37,487 nt of DNA from a virus (lineage: Duplodnaviria; Caudoviricetes): IMG/VR virus record IMGVR_UViG_3300043119_000179, positions 1 to 37,487 of that record; one strand, 5' to 3'. The first letter of the stretch is position 1, and each line of letters starts with the position of its first letter. Position numbers and translations under genes: made by a program. The notes under the pieces are model-generated. The model was not told where the DNA came from, did not search any database, and saw only the letters and a program-made list of their open reading frames with translations. Shown here piece by piece: positions 1 to 7,902 of this stretch.

Positions 1-2
1 CA

Positions 3-218
3 CTGGTGTTTACTGGTGACGCAGAGGAAAGCGCCAAGGTCTTTATCGACTGGGTTGCACGGTGCTTTGCAGGTCGGTTGGAAGAGGAGCGCAGGGCAGA
101 GCGTGAGGCGTGTGCAAAGGTGTGTGATGAATTGCCGCCTGTTGGCGAATCTAGACAATGGGAACGAGCAACCTTAAAAGACTGCGCCGCCGCCATCCGA
201 GCAAGGGGGAACACATGA
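3..218 (+). CDS. Small early protein, 5'-truncated, EREACAKVCDE...AAAIRARGNT family
   Basis: Frame is open to the window edge. The C-terminus shares two exact blocks with ORF 393..638. The stop overlaps the next ATG (ATGA). Confidence 0.75.
   Translation: MVFTGDAEESAKVFIDWVARCFAGRLEEERRAEREACAKVCDELPPVGESRQWERATLKDCAAAIRARGNT
99..132 (+). repeat. 34-bp direct repeat copy 1 (gagcgtgaggcgtgtgcaaaggtgtgtgatgaat)
   Basis: Identical to 510..543. Confidence 0.95.
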
Positions 219-219
219 G
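186..219 (+). repeat. 34-bp gene-junction repeat copy 1 (gccgccgccatccgagcaagggggaacacatgag)
   Basis: One mismatch to 606..639. The 3' part agggggaacacatga recurs at 746..760. Confidence 0.95.
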
Positions 220-400
220 AGACACGATAGACATGGCTGAAGAAGCTGGGGCAATTTCGTACTGGCATCTTTCAAGACTCAAAGCCTTTGAAGCCCTTGT
301 CCGTGCTGATGAGCGGGCAAGACTTCAGCCCAAAAAAATCGAGGCAGTGAAAGAAGATGACTATTGCCACGGCGATGAAAGGTATTACGCAAATGACTGA
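215..400 (+). CDS. Hypothetical small early protein (MRDTIDMAEEAG...)
   Basis: ATG 215 follows the GGGGGA Shine-Dalgarno-like junction and overlaps the upstream stop. Confidence 0.75.
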   Translation: MRDTIDMAEEAGAISYWHLSRLKAFEALVRADERARLQPKKIEAVKEDDYCHGDERYYAND

Positions 401-638
401 AGAATTCAACAAGTGGTGGAACGAAGACTTGCTGACTGAAGATAATCACTATGTCGAGGGTACTGCTGCCTATTGGGCATGGGAGGGCTGGTGCGCTGCG
501 GTCAAAGTCGAGCGTGAGGCGTGTGCAAAGGTGTGTGATGAATATTCAGCAACCGGAAAAATAGAAGAATTTGACCGTGGTTGGCTGGCGTGTGCAAAAA
601 ATACTGCCGCCGCCATCCGAGCAAGGGGAAACACATGA
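393..638 (+). CDS. Small early protein, EREACAKVCDE...AAAIRARGNT family
   Basis: ATG 393 overlaps the upstream gene end. Its C-terminus is paralogous to 3..218. Confidence 0.75.
   Translation: MTEEFNKWWNEDLLTEDNHYVEGTAAYWAWEGWCAAVKVEREACAKVCDEYSATGKIEEFDRGWLACAKNTAAAIRARGNT
510..543 (+). repeat. 34-bp direct repeat copy 2
   Basis: Identical to 99..132. Confidence 0.95.
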
Positions 639-639
639 G
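606..639 (+). repeat. 34-bp gene-junction repeat copy 2
   Basis: Matches 186..219 with one mismatch. Confidence 0.95.
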
Positions 640-760
640 CGATTTTGTAGAGTTTGCATGGATGTGGGCCGTGGGCATGATATTGCTGGCAACGCTGCCC
701 ATCTGGTTTATCCCATACACCGCTTTTAAAGTTTGGAAATACTTCAGGGGGAACACATGA
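635..760 (+). CDS. 41-aa membrane microprotein (MSDFVEFAWMWAVGMILLATLPIWFIPYTAFKVWKYFRGNT)
   Basis: Translated by hand (below the ORF-track cutoff). ATGA-coupled at both ends, with a hydrophobic core followed by basic residues. Confidence 0.7.
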   Translation: MSDFVEFAWMWAVGMILLATLPIWFIPYTAFKVWKYFRGNT

Positions 761-885
761 CCTGTAAACACCGCTGGGAGCCAACAATGTTTGGCATCAA
801 GTACCGCACACCGGGGAGCTACTGGTACTGCTGCGCTCGGTGCGGCAACGTGATCTGGACAACACTGAAGGAGAAGCAAGCATGA
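757..885 (+). CDS. 42-aa putative zinc-ribbon microprotein (MTCKHRW...CCARCG...KEKQA)
   Basis: Translated by hand. CxH plus CxxC pattern; ATGA-coupled at both ends. Confidence 0.7.
   Translation: MTCKHRWEPTMFGIKYRTPGSYWYCCARCGNVIWTTLKEKQA
868..885 (+). repeat. 18-bp gene-junction repeat copy 1 (aaggagaagcaagcatga)
   Basis: Identical to 1080..1097. Contains the AAGGAG SD and the overlapping ATGA. Confidence 0.9.
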
Positions 886-1097
886 GCAAAAAAATGACAC
901 GCTGGTTTCCAGTAGAAACCAAACCCGTGCATGTCGGGGTGTACGAGACAGACCTCGCTGGCTATTTGGGGTACAGCTTTTGGAACGGGAAATACTGGAG
1001 TGACACTTCGTTCACGTTGGATATGGATCGGAGCACTAAAGGACGGCGCGGGATGCAAAACAAGGAATGGCGCGGATTCAAGGAGAAGCAAGCATGA
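882..1097 (+). CDS. Hypothetical Trp-rich early protein (MSKKMTRWFP...)
   Basis: AAGGAG SD upstream of ATG 882. Ends in KEKQA like the preceding gene. Confidence 0.8.
   Translation: MSKKMTRWFPVETKPVHVGVYETDLAGYLGYSFWNGKYWSDTSFTLDMDRSTKGRRGMQNKEWRGFKEKQA
1080..1097 (+). repeat. 18-bp gene-junction repeat copy 2
   Basis: Identical to 868..885. Confidence 0.9.
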
Positions 1098-1435
1098 ACA
1101 TAGAAGAAGCAGTACAAGTATTCAAGGCACTGTTGCAAGGCCCCCACAGCAGGCTTGATCTGGCGCGTAAAGCACAGTGCAACCCAAAGACTGTCGGTAA
1201 GATGCTTGTCGAGATGAAAGCCAAAGAGCTGATCTACGTTGTTGACTACTCGAAGCACACTGATGGGCGTAACCGCGTCAAGATTTATGCGCTCGGGCAA
1301 GGTGAAGATGCACAGCCTGCGAGTTCACAGCCCCAGCGAGTGCGTAGCCGCAGAAGCTACGTGCGCAAGGTTGAGGCACAAAAGCAGGCGAACATCAAGA
1401 CCACCTTCGTTGGCGGCAAAGGACTATGGCAATGA
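1094..1435 (+). CDS. Putative winged-helix DNA-binding protein
   Basis: HTH-like SRLDLARKAQCNPKTVGKMLVEM followed by wing-like strands (GRNRVKIYAL) and a basic tail. Confidence 0.65.
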   Translation: MNIEEAVQVFKALLQGPHSRLDLARKAQCNPKTVGKMLVEMKAKELIYVVDYSKHTDGRNRVKIYALGQGEDAQPASSQPQRVRSRRSYVRKVEAQKQANIKTTFVGGKGLWQ

Positions 1436-1641
1436 CTGAGCACAAACTCACACACGACCGCTTTGCTGTGGTCGATGTCAACAACCACTGGCGCGATGCC
1501 AAAGAGTTTCCACCACCACTGAGCGCAAAGATGCTGCTGATCGACAAGCGCCTCGGCGTTGCAGTCCTCGGCAGCTGGCGCGATGCAGACGGCTGGACTC
1601 ACTGGGCACCACTGCCTACGTTTGACAGGAGCAAAGAATGA
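1432..1641 (+). CDS. DUF551-like small protein
   Basis: W...PP N-terminal motif and THWAPLP C-terminal motif. Alternative start at 1426. Confidence 0.6.
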   Translation: MTEHKLTHDRFAVVDVNNHWRDAKEFPPPLSAKMLLIDKRLGVAVLGSWRDADGWTHWAPLPTFDRSKE

Positions 1642-1826
1642 AACGAGACATCAAAGCATGGGCCGTCAAGACAGGCGGCAGGAGCTTCATGCTCAGTGAC
1701 GATGGCATCCCGCTGCTGTGGAAAGTCAGAGCACCTGCGTTTGAGGCGTCCACGACAGTCAAACTTTTTCGCAATACCAAAGCCAAACCAATCCGCGTCA
1801 GAGTACGCATAGAGGAGATCGAATGA
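1638..1826 (+). CDS. Hypothetical protein
   Basis: AGGAG SD and ATGA coupling at both ends. Confidence 0.7.
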   Translation: MKRDIKAWAVKTGGRSFMLSDDGIPLLWKVRAPAFEASTTVKLFRNTKAKPIRVRVRIEEIE

Positions 1827-2161
1827 ACTGGTTTAAGAAACAAATCGTAGAGTGGGCGCTGCGCCAGCAAGAGCGTAAAAAAGTTGAGCTGAAATACAGA
1901 GGGGAATCACCGGAAGCACTGCATCCATCGACAAGCTCTGGTCGCTATGATGTACTGGAAGGCTGCACACAGCTGCGGTTTACCATCGTCCAAGTGGACA
2001 ACGGCACACTGGTGCGCATGGATACACAGCGGCTAGAAGACCAGTACACAGTGCGGTCTGGTCCACCACGTACCCCACCAACATTCATCGTCAAGGATGA
2101 CGAGACCGTGCAAGACGTGGTCGTTCGCTTACTGGGCATTGCAGCATTGGAGAGATCATGA
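1823..2161 (+). CDS. Hypothetical protein (IxxVxNG motif)
   Basis: GAGGAG SD; coupled ORF in the operon. Confidence 0.75.
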   Translation: MNWFKKQIVEWALRQQERKKVELKYRGESPEALHPSTSSGRYDVLEGCTQLRFTIVQVDNGTLVRMDTQRLEDQYTVRSGPPRTPPTFIVKDDETVQDVVVRLLGIAALERS

Positions 2162-2526
2162 AACAACTCGAACTGTTCCCCGACCTGACAACTTGGACAC
2201 CACAGGAAGAAGAAGAAGAAGTAATGCAGCAGATGCTGGCAACTCAAGGACGCAAATATGACAAAGACAAACCAGACTACACGCTCCTTCCGTGGGACGC
2301 TGTCGAAGAAGTTGTACGGGTGCTGGACTTCGGCGCGAAGAAGTACGCACGTGATAACTGGAAGCATGTCGAGGGCGGTGAGCAGCGCTATCTCGCGGCT
2401 GCCTTCAGACACCTTGCAGCGAGTGCACGTGGTGAGCAGTGCGATTCAGAGACTTCCATCTCCCACTTGGCACACGCTGCGTGCTGCGTTCTCTTCGCTC
2501 TTTCGCTGGAGAAAACCAATGACTAA
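2158..2526 (+). CDS. dATP/dGTP diphosphohydrolase domain protein (DUF5664-like)
   Basis: GRKYDKDKPDYTLLP...V..VLDFGAKKYARDNW...RY.AAAFRH...D.ET...HLAHAAC signature. Confidence 0.85.
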   Translation: MKQLELFPDLTTWTPQEEEEEVMQQMLATQGRKYDKDKPDYTLLPWDAVEEVVRVLDFGAKKYARDNWKHVEGGEQRYLAAAFRHLAASARGEQCDSETSISHLAHAACCVLFALSLEKTND

Positions 2527-2848
2527 CCACCCACTACAGAACGCTGCGCAAGGGGCGATTGGTAGCTCTATGGGCTCTGGGGTTCTTGGTCAGGCAACGA
2601 TGGCCAACAGCAACACTCTAGCCACATCACAGTTGCAGGCGTACAACCAAGCTATATTGTCAGGTTCTTCGATCTCTAATGCTAGGTTCTCTATGTACCA
2701 ACGTGTGAGCATCGAGATTGATCGCGTGACCAACGGCTACGTGATGGCTGTGGGCAGCGAGCGCATGATTGCCAAAGACTTGGAAGAGCTGCAGGCGCAA
2801 TTCATCGCGCAGGTTGTGAGCAAACTCGTACTGGATGAGGGCAAGTAA
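2519..2848 (+). CDS. Hypothetical protein (IxxVxNG motif, low-complexity N-terminus)
   Basis: GGAG SD before ATG 2519. The stop overlaps the polymerase start. Confidence 0.7.
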   Translation: MTNHPLQNAAQGAIGSSMGSGVLGQATMANSNTLATSQLQAYNQAILSGSSISNARFSMYQRVSIEIDRVTNGYVMAVGSERMIAKDLEELQAQFIAQVVSKLVLDEGK

Positions 2849-4686
2849 TGGACATCCTCACAGTTGACCTAGAGACCTACTACGACCAGCAGTTCAGTCT
2901 CACCAAGATGCAGACCGATGCGTACATCAACGACGACCGCTTTGAGATCGTCGGCGTGTCTGTCATCAAGAACGATGAGCCTGCTGTGTGGTTCTCTGGC
3001 TCTGAGCTGGAGACCATCGGCTGGATGCACGGTACGTTCGACTGGGCCAACAGCGCTGTGCGCTGCCACAACACCATGTTCGACGGGTTCATCCTGACGC
3101 AACGCTGCGGCATCAGGCCTAAGCTGTGGATGGACACCCTCGGCCAAGGCCGTATGCTGCTGCCATTCCTGACATCGCACTCACTGGCTAACCTTGCCAA
3201 GCAATACAACCTGCCGGACAAAGGCACAGCCGTGACCAAGGCGCTGGGCAAACGACGCGCTGACTTTAATCCCACGGAATTAGAGGAGTACGCGGAGTAC
3301 TGCAAGCACGACACATGGCTGTGCAAAGAGCTGGGCAAGAAGTTCGACCCATTCACACCGCCACTGGCTGCACGACTGATCGACATGACTGTGCGAATGT
3401 TCACAGAGCCGCTGCTGATAGGCGATCAGGCCAAGATGAAACAGCTCTACGACGACGAGGTGATCCGCAAGGAACAGCTGCTCAAGACAGCCGTGACTGA
3501 TCGCGAGACCATCATGTCCAACGACAAATTCGCTGCTCGCTTGCTGGAGCTGGGTGTGACCCCACCGATGAAGCAGAGCAAAGCCAACCCTGACAAAGAG
3601 ACATATGCCTTCGCCAAATCCGACAAAGCCTTCACCGACCTGCTGGAGTCCGACGATGCGGACGTACAGGCGTTGGTTGCGGCTCGCCTTGGAGTCAAAA
3701 CGACTATCGCTGAAACACGTGCGCTGAAGTTCTTGGAGACTGCCAAGCGCGGCCCTCTGCCGGTGTACCTCAACTTCTGGGGCGCTAAGACCACTGGGCG
3801 CTACTCTGGGGGTAACTCCATCAACTGGCAGAACATCCCTGCGCGTGGCCCGTCTGCGGGCCTGCGTGATGCCCTGCTGGCTCCGCCCGGGTACACCGTG
3901 CTGGTGGGTGACTCCTCCAACATCGAGCTGCGCACGGTGATGGCTTTGGCTGGGCAGGATGACGTGACCGAGAAGCTGCGCAACGGCGTTGACCTGTACT
4001 GCGACTTTGCAAGCAAGCTGTTCGGCAGAGAGATCACGAAGAAGGACAAGGCCGAGCGTTTCCTCGGCAAGACCGCCATGCTGGGCTTGCAGTACGGCGC
4101 TGGTGCTGCGCGGTTCCAAGAGATGGTGCGGCTGGCCAAACGTACTGACCCCGGCGTTGAGCTGATTGACATCGACCGAGCCTACAAGATCGTGGACCTG
4201 TACAGGTCTGTGCACTACAAGGTGGTGGAGTTGTGGAAGCGTTGCGACAAGGTCGTCTTGCCCGACATAGCCAACGGCTGCAGCATGGTCAACGTGGATG
4301 TCAACGGCTGGTTCGTGACGCAGTGGGATGGTTTTGGTCGCCCCGGTGAGCCCGGTGTGATGTACAACGACCTGAAGCACGACGGCAAGGACTGGACTTA
4401 CGTCATGGGTCGTCAGCGTGTGCACCTGCACGGCGCGAAAGTTGTAGAAAATTTATCGCAACATGCTGCAATGCAGATCGTTATGTGGCAAACTGCACGT
4501 ATCAATCAGCGCTACCCAGTGAAGCTGTCCGTCCATGACGAGGCTGTCTGTGTGGTGAGGAATGAAGAACTTGATGAAGCCCGTGCGTACATGGAAGAGT
4601 GTCTGTCGTTAACACCCAAGTGGTGCCGCAGCATTCCCGTAGCGTGCGAGACTGGTGTTGGACCTTCCTACGGGGATGCAAAGTAA
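2848..4686 (+). CDS. polA: DNA polymerase family A with 3'-5' exonuclease
   Basis: Exo motifs DLET, HNTMFD and YCKHD; TGRYS, NWQNIP; motif A DSSNIELR, motif B RFLGKTAMLGLQYG, motif C VHDE. Confidence 0.95.
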   Translation: MDILTVDLETYYDQQFSLTKMQTDAYINDDRFEIVGVSVIKNDEPAVWFSGSELETIGWMHGTFDWANSAVRCHNTMFDGFILTQRCGIRPKLWMDTLGQGRMLLPFLTSHSLANLAKQYNLPDKGTAVTKALGKRRADFNPTELEEYAEYCKHDTWLCKELGKKFDPFTPPLAARLIDMTVRMFTEPLLIGDQAKMKQLYDDEVIRKEQLLKTAVTDRETIMSNDKFAARLLELGVTPPMKQSKANPDKETYAFAKSDKAFTDLLESDDADVQALVAARLGVKTTIAETRALKFLETAKRGPLPVYLNFWGAKTTGRYSGGNSINWQNIPARGPSAGLRDALLAPPGYTVLVGDSSNIELRTVMALAGQDDVTEKLRNGVDLYCDFASKLFGREITKKDKAERFLGKTAMLGLQYGAGAARFQEMVRLAKRTDPGVELIDIDRAYKIVDLYRSVHYKVVELWKRCDKVVLPDIANGCSMVNVDVNGWFVTQWDGFGRPGEPGVMYNDLKHDGKDWTYVMGRQRVHLHGAKVVENLSQHAAMQIVMWQTARINQRYPVKLSVHDEAVCVVRNEELDEARAYMEECLSLTPKWCRSIPVACETGVGPSYGDAK

Positions 4687-4931
4687 TGGCAATAACTTAC
4701 TCGGCTACTGACCGCTTGCCGCATTGGGCACAAGTCAAATGGGATCACGACGCGCACAAGTACGAGTCGAAAGTCTGGTTTGGCGTCCAGTGCGTAGATG
4801 GCCCAATCAGTGTGATGGTAACTATGCCGGAGCAGTTCGCGCAGCCATCACCGAACCGACGCAGGATTCTTCAGGACATGATTGAGCAACTCACCGTGCA
4901 ACTTGCAAAAGTAACTCTGGAAGAAACATGA
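4686..4931 (+). CDS. Hypothetical protein (MAITYSATD...)
   Basis: TAATG coupling to the polymerase stop; fills the gap to the nuclease gene. Confidence 0.7.
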   Translation: MAITYSATDRLPHWAQVKWDHDAHKYESKVWFGVQCVDGPISVMVTMPEQFAQPSPNRRRILQDMIEQLTVQLAKVTLEET

Positions 4932-5647
4932 CCACACCAATGCCTCTGTCGTTCAGCCGACTCTCCACATTCGAGCAATGCCCTGCGCAGTTCGACTACC
5001 TGTACGTGTCCAAGCGCGTGCAGAGCACTATGAACGAAGCGTCAGAGTACGGCGACAGGGTGCATAAGGTGTTGGAGGCCTACGGTCACGCGCTGGTTGC
5101 TGGCAAAGAAGCAACTGAGGCGGTGATTGCGCTGGAGGACACACTGGAGAATAAGCAGTCGCTAGGGCGCTGGGGACCACTGGTTCAAAAGATCACCTCA
5201 CGTAATGGCGAGAAGTTGTTCGAGCATCAGATGTCCGTCAACCGCCAGCTGCAGCCTGTGGACTGGTTCGCCAAGGACGTGTGGATTCGCTCGATCGCTG
5301 ACGTGCTGGTCGTTGACGGTGACACTGCTTACTGCCTCGACTACAAGACGGGCAAGGTCAAGGAGAACCCGACACAGCTGCAGCTGTTTGCGGCCATGGT
5401 GTTCTGGCATTACCCACAGGTGAAGAAGGTGAAGACCTCGTTCATCTGGCTCAAGTTCGACGAGGTGACAAACGCCACGTATGAGCGCAGGTTCCTCGGC
5501 TCGCTGTGGCGGGCACTGGAGCCTCGCTTTGACATGGTGCAGGAAGTCATTGACCTCGGCGTGTTCAAAACAAAACCATCGGGCCTGTGCCCATGGTGCC
5601 CAGCAAAGGGGTTCTGCCCTGACGCGAGACTGAAAGGTAAACGATGA
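4928..5647 (+). CDS. PD-(D/E)XK Cas4-like/RecB-family exonuclease
   Basis: SFSRL..FEQCP, G..VH, E, D, DYKTG, QLQLFA and C-terminal CPWC...C (split four-Cys cluster). Confidence 0.9.
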   Translation: MTTPMPLSFSRLSTFEQCPAQFDYLYVSKRVQSTMNEASEYGDRVHKVLEAYGHALVAGKEATEAVIALEDTLENKQSLGRWGPLVQKITSRNGEKLFEHQMSVNRQLQPVDWFAKDVWIRSIADVLVVDGDTAYCLDYKTGKVKENPTQLQLFAAMVFWHYPQVKKVKTSFIWLKFDEVTNATYERRFLGSLWRALEPRFDMVQEVIDLGVFKTKPSGLCPWCPAKGFCPDARLKGKR

Positions 5648-5955
5648 AGAAAGAAGAAGATGTCAAGAAGGTGGTTAAGGCCGTACTCAAGAGCACACCA
5701 GATTGCTGGTGGTTTATGCCTCCCGCTAACGGTTTCGGTCGCGCTGGTATTCCTGACTTTGTTGGCATCGTCAACGGTCTTGGGTTTGCTGTGGAGACAA
5801 AGTTCGGCAAGGGGACTACTACTGCGAACCAAGAGCGCGAGATCGCGGCTGTATCGCAAGCAGGCGGAGAAGTCTGGATCGTGAGAGAAACCAACGTGGA
5901 CGAATGGGCGCTCACGTTCAAAGCATGGGTGGCACTGAATGCTCGTAATACCTGA
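5644..5955 (+). CDS. VRR-NUC domain nuclease
   Basis: E...GIPD...VETK...Q...I...GG pattern, located directly upstream of a SNF2 helicase. Confidence 0.85.
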   Translation: MKKEEDVKKVVKAVLKSTPDCWWFMPPANGFGRAGIPDFVGIVNGLGFAVETKFGKGTTTANQEREIAAVSQAGGEVWIVRETNVDEWALTFKAWVALNARNT

Positions 5956-7489
5956 CAAGCGCAAGATCATCATCAACAGCAATGAGAATGCAGCTGTTGC
6001 GCGAGCTATCCCCCATGCCAAGCTGTTGCAGCACAACGGCGAAGACATGCTGGCCATGCCCTACGGTGTTGATGAGTCGATGGTTCTCAAGAACCTCGGC
6101 TTCAGTGTGCCTGCGCCGATATTGCAGTACTACAACTGGCCCGGTCGCTTCACAGCGATGGAGCACCAGAAAGACACTGCAGCGTTCTTAACCATGCACA
6201 AGCGTGCCCTGTGTCTTAACGCTCCGGGTACTGGCAAGTCCATCAGCTCGATCTGGGCCGCTGACTTTTTGCTTGATGAGGGTGTGGCCAAGAAGGTGCT
6301 CATCATCGCTCCGCTGTCCACGGTGAAAGTCGTGTGGGGTCGTGAGCTCAAGCATCACCTGCCTCATCGCTCGTTCGTGATCTGCACGGGGACAAAGCAA
6401 AAGCGCCTTGACCTGCTGGCTACGCCCGGGGTGCAGTACGTCATCATCAACCATGACGGGTTCACCAACATGGCCGCAGAGCTGAATGACTTCGACGTGG
6501 TGATCTACGACGAGGCGACAGCGCTGAAGTCACCAAGCTCACAGCGGTACAAGATATTCGCCAAGTGGATGACCAAGAACCAGCCATGGCTGTGGATGCT
6601 GACGGGCACGCCCATCTCGCAGACGCCAGCTGACGCATGGACACTGGCACGACTGGTGGATTCACCACAGTGCCCCAAGAGCTTCACCACGTTCAAAGAC
6701 TTGGTGATGCAGAAGGTGACGACGTTCCGCTGGGTGCCACGTGCTGACGCACTGGAGACATGCCGCAAGGTGCTGCAGCCTTCGATCAGGTTCTCACTGG
6801 ACGAGTGCAAGGACTTGCCTGACACCAACTTTGTAGGTCGCAAGACCGAGCTGACCAAGCAGCAGGAGAAGGCGTTCAAGGACATGAAGGACAAGGCGGT
6901 GACGATCTTCGCTGGTGGCGAAGTGACTGCGCCCAACGCAGCCGTGGTGCTGGCCAAGCTGTTGCAAATCTGCTGCGGCTCAGTCATCAGCGAGAGCGGT
7001 GTGATTGACATGGACGACTCAGAGAGGTACAATACACTCACTGAATTACTCACGGAGATCGGCGACAAAGCAATCATCTTCATGCCGTTCAAAGCGTCAC
7101 AACAACGCATGTTGAGCAGGCTCACCGCAGATGGTTTCGATGTTGCAATGGTCAACGGGGACACAAGCAAAAAGGATCGTGATCAGATATTCAACGACTT
7201 CCAGCACACGGACAAGCCGCAGATTTTGCTGGCCCACCCCAAGGTTGCTGCGCACGGTTTGACACTGACACGCGCCAAGGACATCATTTGGTTTGCGCCT
7301 ATTTATTCACTTGAGCAATACGAGCAGGCCAATGCAAGGATTCGCCGGTTGACAACAACTGGCAAAACGACTGTGTGGCACATCTGGGCCACCGGCTTTG
7401 AAGCAGAGTTATACCGCCGACTCCGCGCAAAGAAAAACACACTGGCGGAGTTTTTGAATTTGGTGCAAGGCATCAACAGTGACGAGTAA
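5939..7489 (+). CDS. SNF2-family (SF2) helicase
   Basis: HQ, PGTGKS, IAPLS, YDEAT, LTGTP, HGLTL and QANARIRR motifs. Confidence 0.92.
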   Translation: MLVIPDKRKIIINSNENAAVARAIPHAKLLQHNGEDMLAMPYGVDESMVLKNLGFSVPAPILQYYNWPGRFTAMEHQKDTAAFLTMHKRALCLNAPGTGKSISSIWAADFLLDEGVAKKVLIIAPLSTVKVVWGRELKHHLPHRSFVICTGTKQKRLDLLATPGVQYVIINHDGFTNMAAELNDFDVVIYDEATALKSPSSQRYKIFAKWMTKNQPWLWMLTGTPISQTPADAWTLARLVDSPQCPKSFTTFKDLVMQKVTTFRWVPRADALETCRKVLQPSIRFSLDECKDLPDTNFVGRKTELTKQQEKAFKDMKDKAVTIFAGGEVTAPNAAVVLAKLLQICCGSVISESGVIDMDDSERYNTLTELLTEIGDKAIIFMPFKASQQRMLSRLTADGFDVAMVNGDTSKKDRDQIFNDFQHTDKPQILLAHPKVAAHGLTLTRAKDIIWFAPIYSLEQYEQANARIRRLTTTGKTTVWHIWATGFEAELYRRLRAKKNTLAEFLNLVQGINSDE

Positions 7490-7505
7490 GAAACGAGGTA
7501 ACTGA

Positions 7506-7898
7506 ATGAACTACGACATTGCCGCAGAGCGGTATCTGCAGGTTCGCAACGAGATTGAAGCTCTCGAACGCGAACACAAGACAACCAAGGCCAAGCTCAC
7601 AGAAAAGATGGTGGCCCTTGAAAACTGGATGACAGCGAAAGCACAGGAAGACGGACTGGAGACAGTCAAGACTCCGCACGGTACGGCCTACTGGTCTACC
7701 CATCACACCGCAACAGTTGGTTCTCGTGAAGAGTTCTTCAGCTTTTGCAAAGAGCACGATGCTTGGGACATGGTTGAGAGCCGAGCATCAAAGACGGGGG
7801 TCAAGAGTTACATCGAGGCCAACGGCGCACCTCCACCCGGGGTAAATTTCTCATCGACAAAAGTGTTCAACATGCGCAAAGCGCAATCCAAGGAGTAA
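7506..7898 (+). CDS. Conserved phage replication-module protein (coiled-coil N-terminus, PPPGV C-terminus)
   Basis: GAGG SD; coding-like composition; lies between the helicase and the putative SSB. Confidence 0.8.
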   Translation: MNYDIAAERYLQVRNEIEALEREHKTTKAKLTEKMVALENWMTAKAQEDGLETVKTPHGTAYWSTHHTATVGSREEFFSFCKEHDAWDMVESRASKTGVKSYIEANGAPPPGVNFSSTKVFNMRKAQSKE

Positions 7899-7902
7899 CT
7901 TA

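Noticed and set aside
99-760. 34-bp repeats as a CRISPR array
   Set aside because: Only two copies of each, about 410-420 bp apart, in-frame within coding sequence, with no regular spacers or cas operon.
2206-2220. (GAA)5 microsatellite as a phase-variation tract
   Set aside because: It is an in-frame triplet repeat encoding poly-Glu, so slippage would not switch expression.
2258-2518. Long upstream extensions in the ORF track (starts at 158, 840, 2258, 4599, 24918, 31139, 32880)
   Set aside because: They overlap neighbouring genes extensively, while downstream starts have SD sequences and/or stop-start coupling.
3280-4431. 383-aa antisense ORF, and similar ones such as 7900..8817 and 15343..16860
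   Set aside because: These are shadow ORFs opposite well-supported genes, explained by codon bias, and show no recognisable motifs.
2158-4686. Z-genome (2-aminoadenine) system
   Set aside because: No PurZ or DatZ-like gene is in the window, and the hydrolase plus PolA alone are insufficient evidence.
4928-5647. Cas4-like gene as part of a CRISPR-Cas system
   Set aside because: It is a stand-alone nuclease in a standard phage replication module, with no cas1, cas2 or array.
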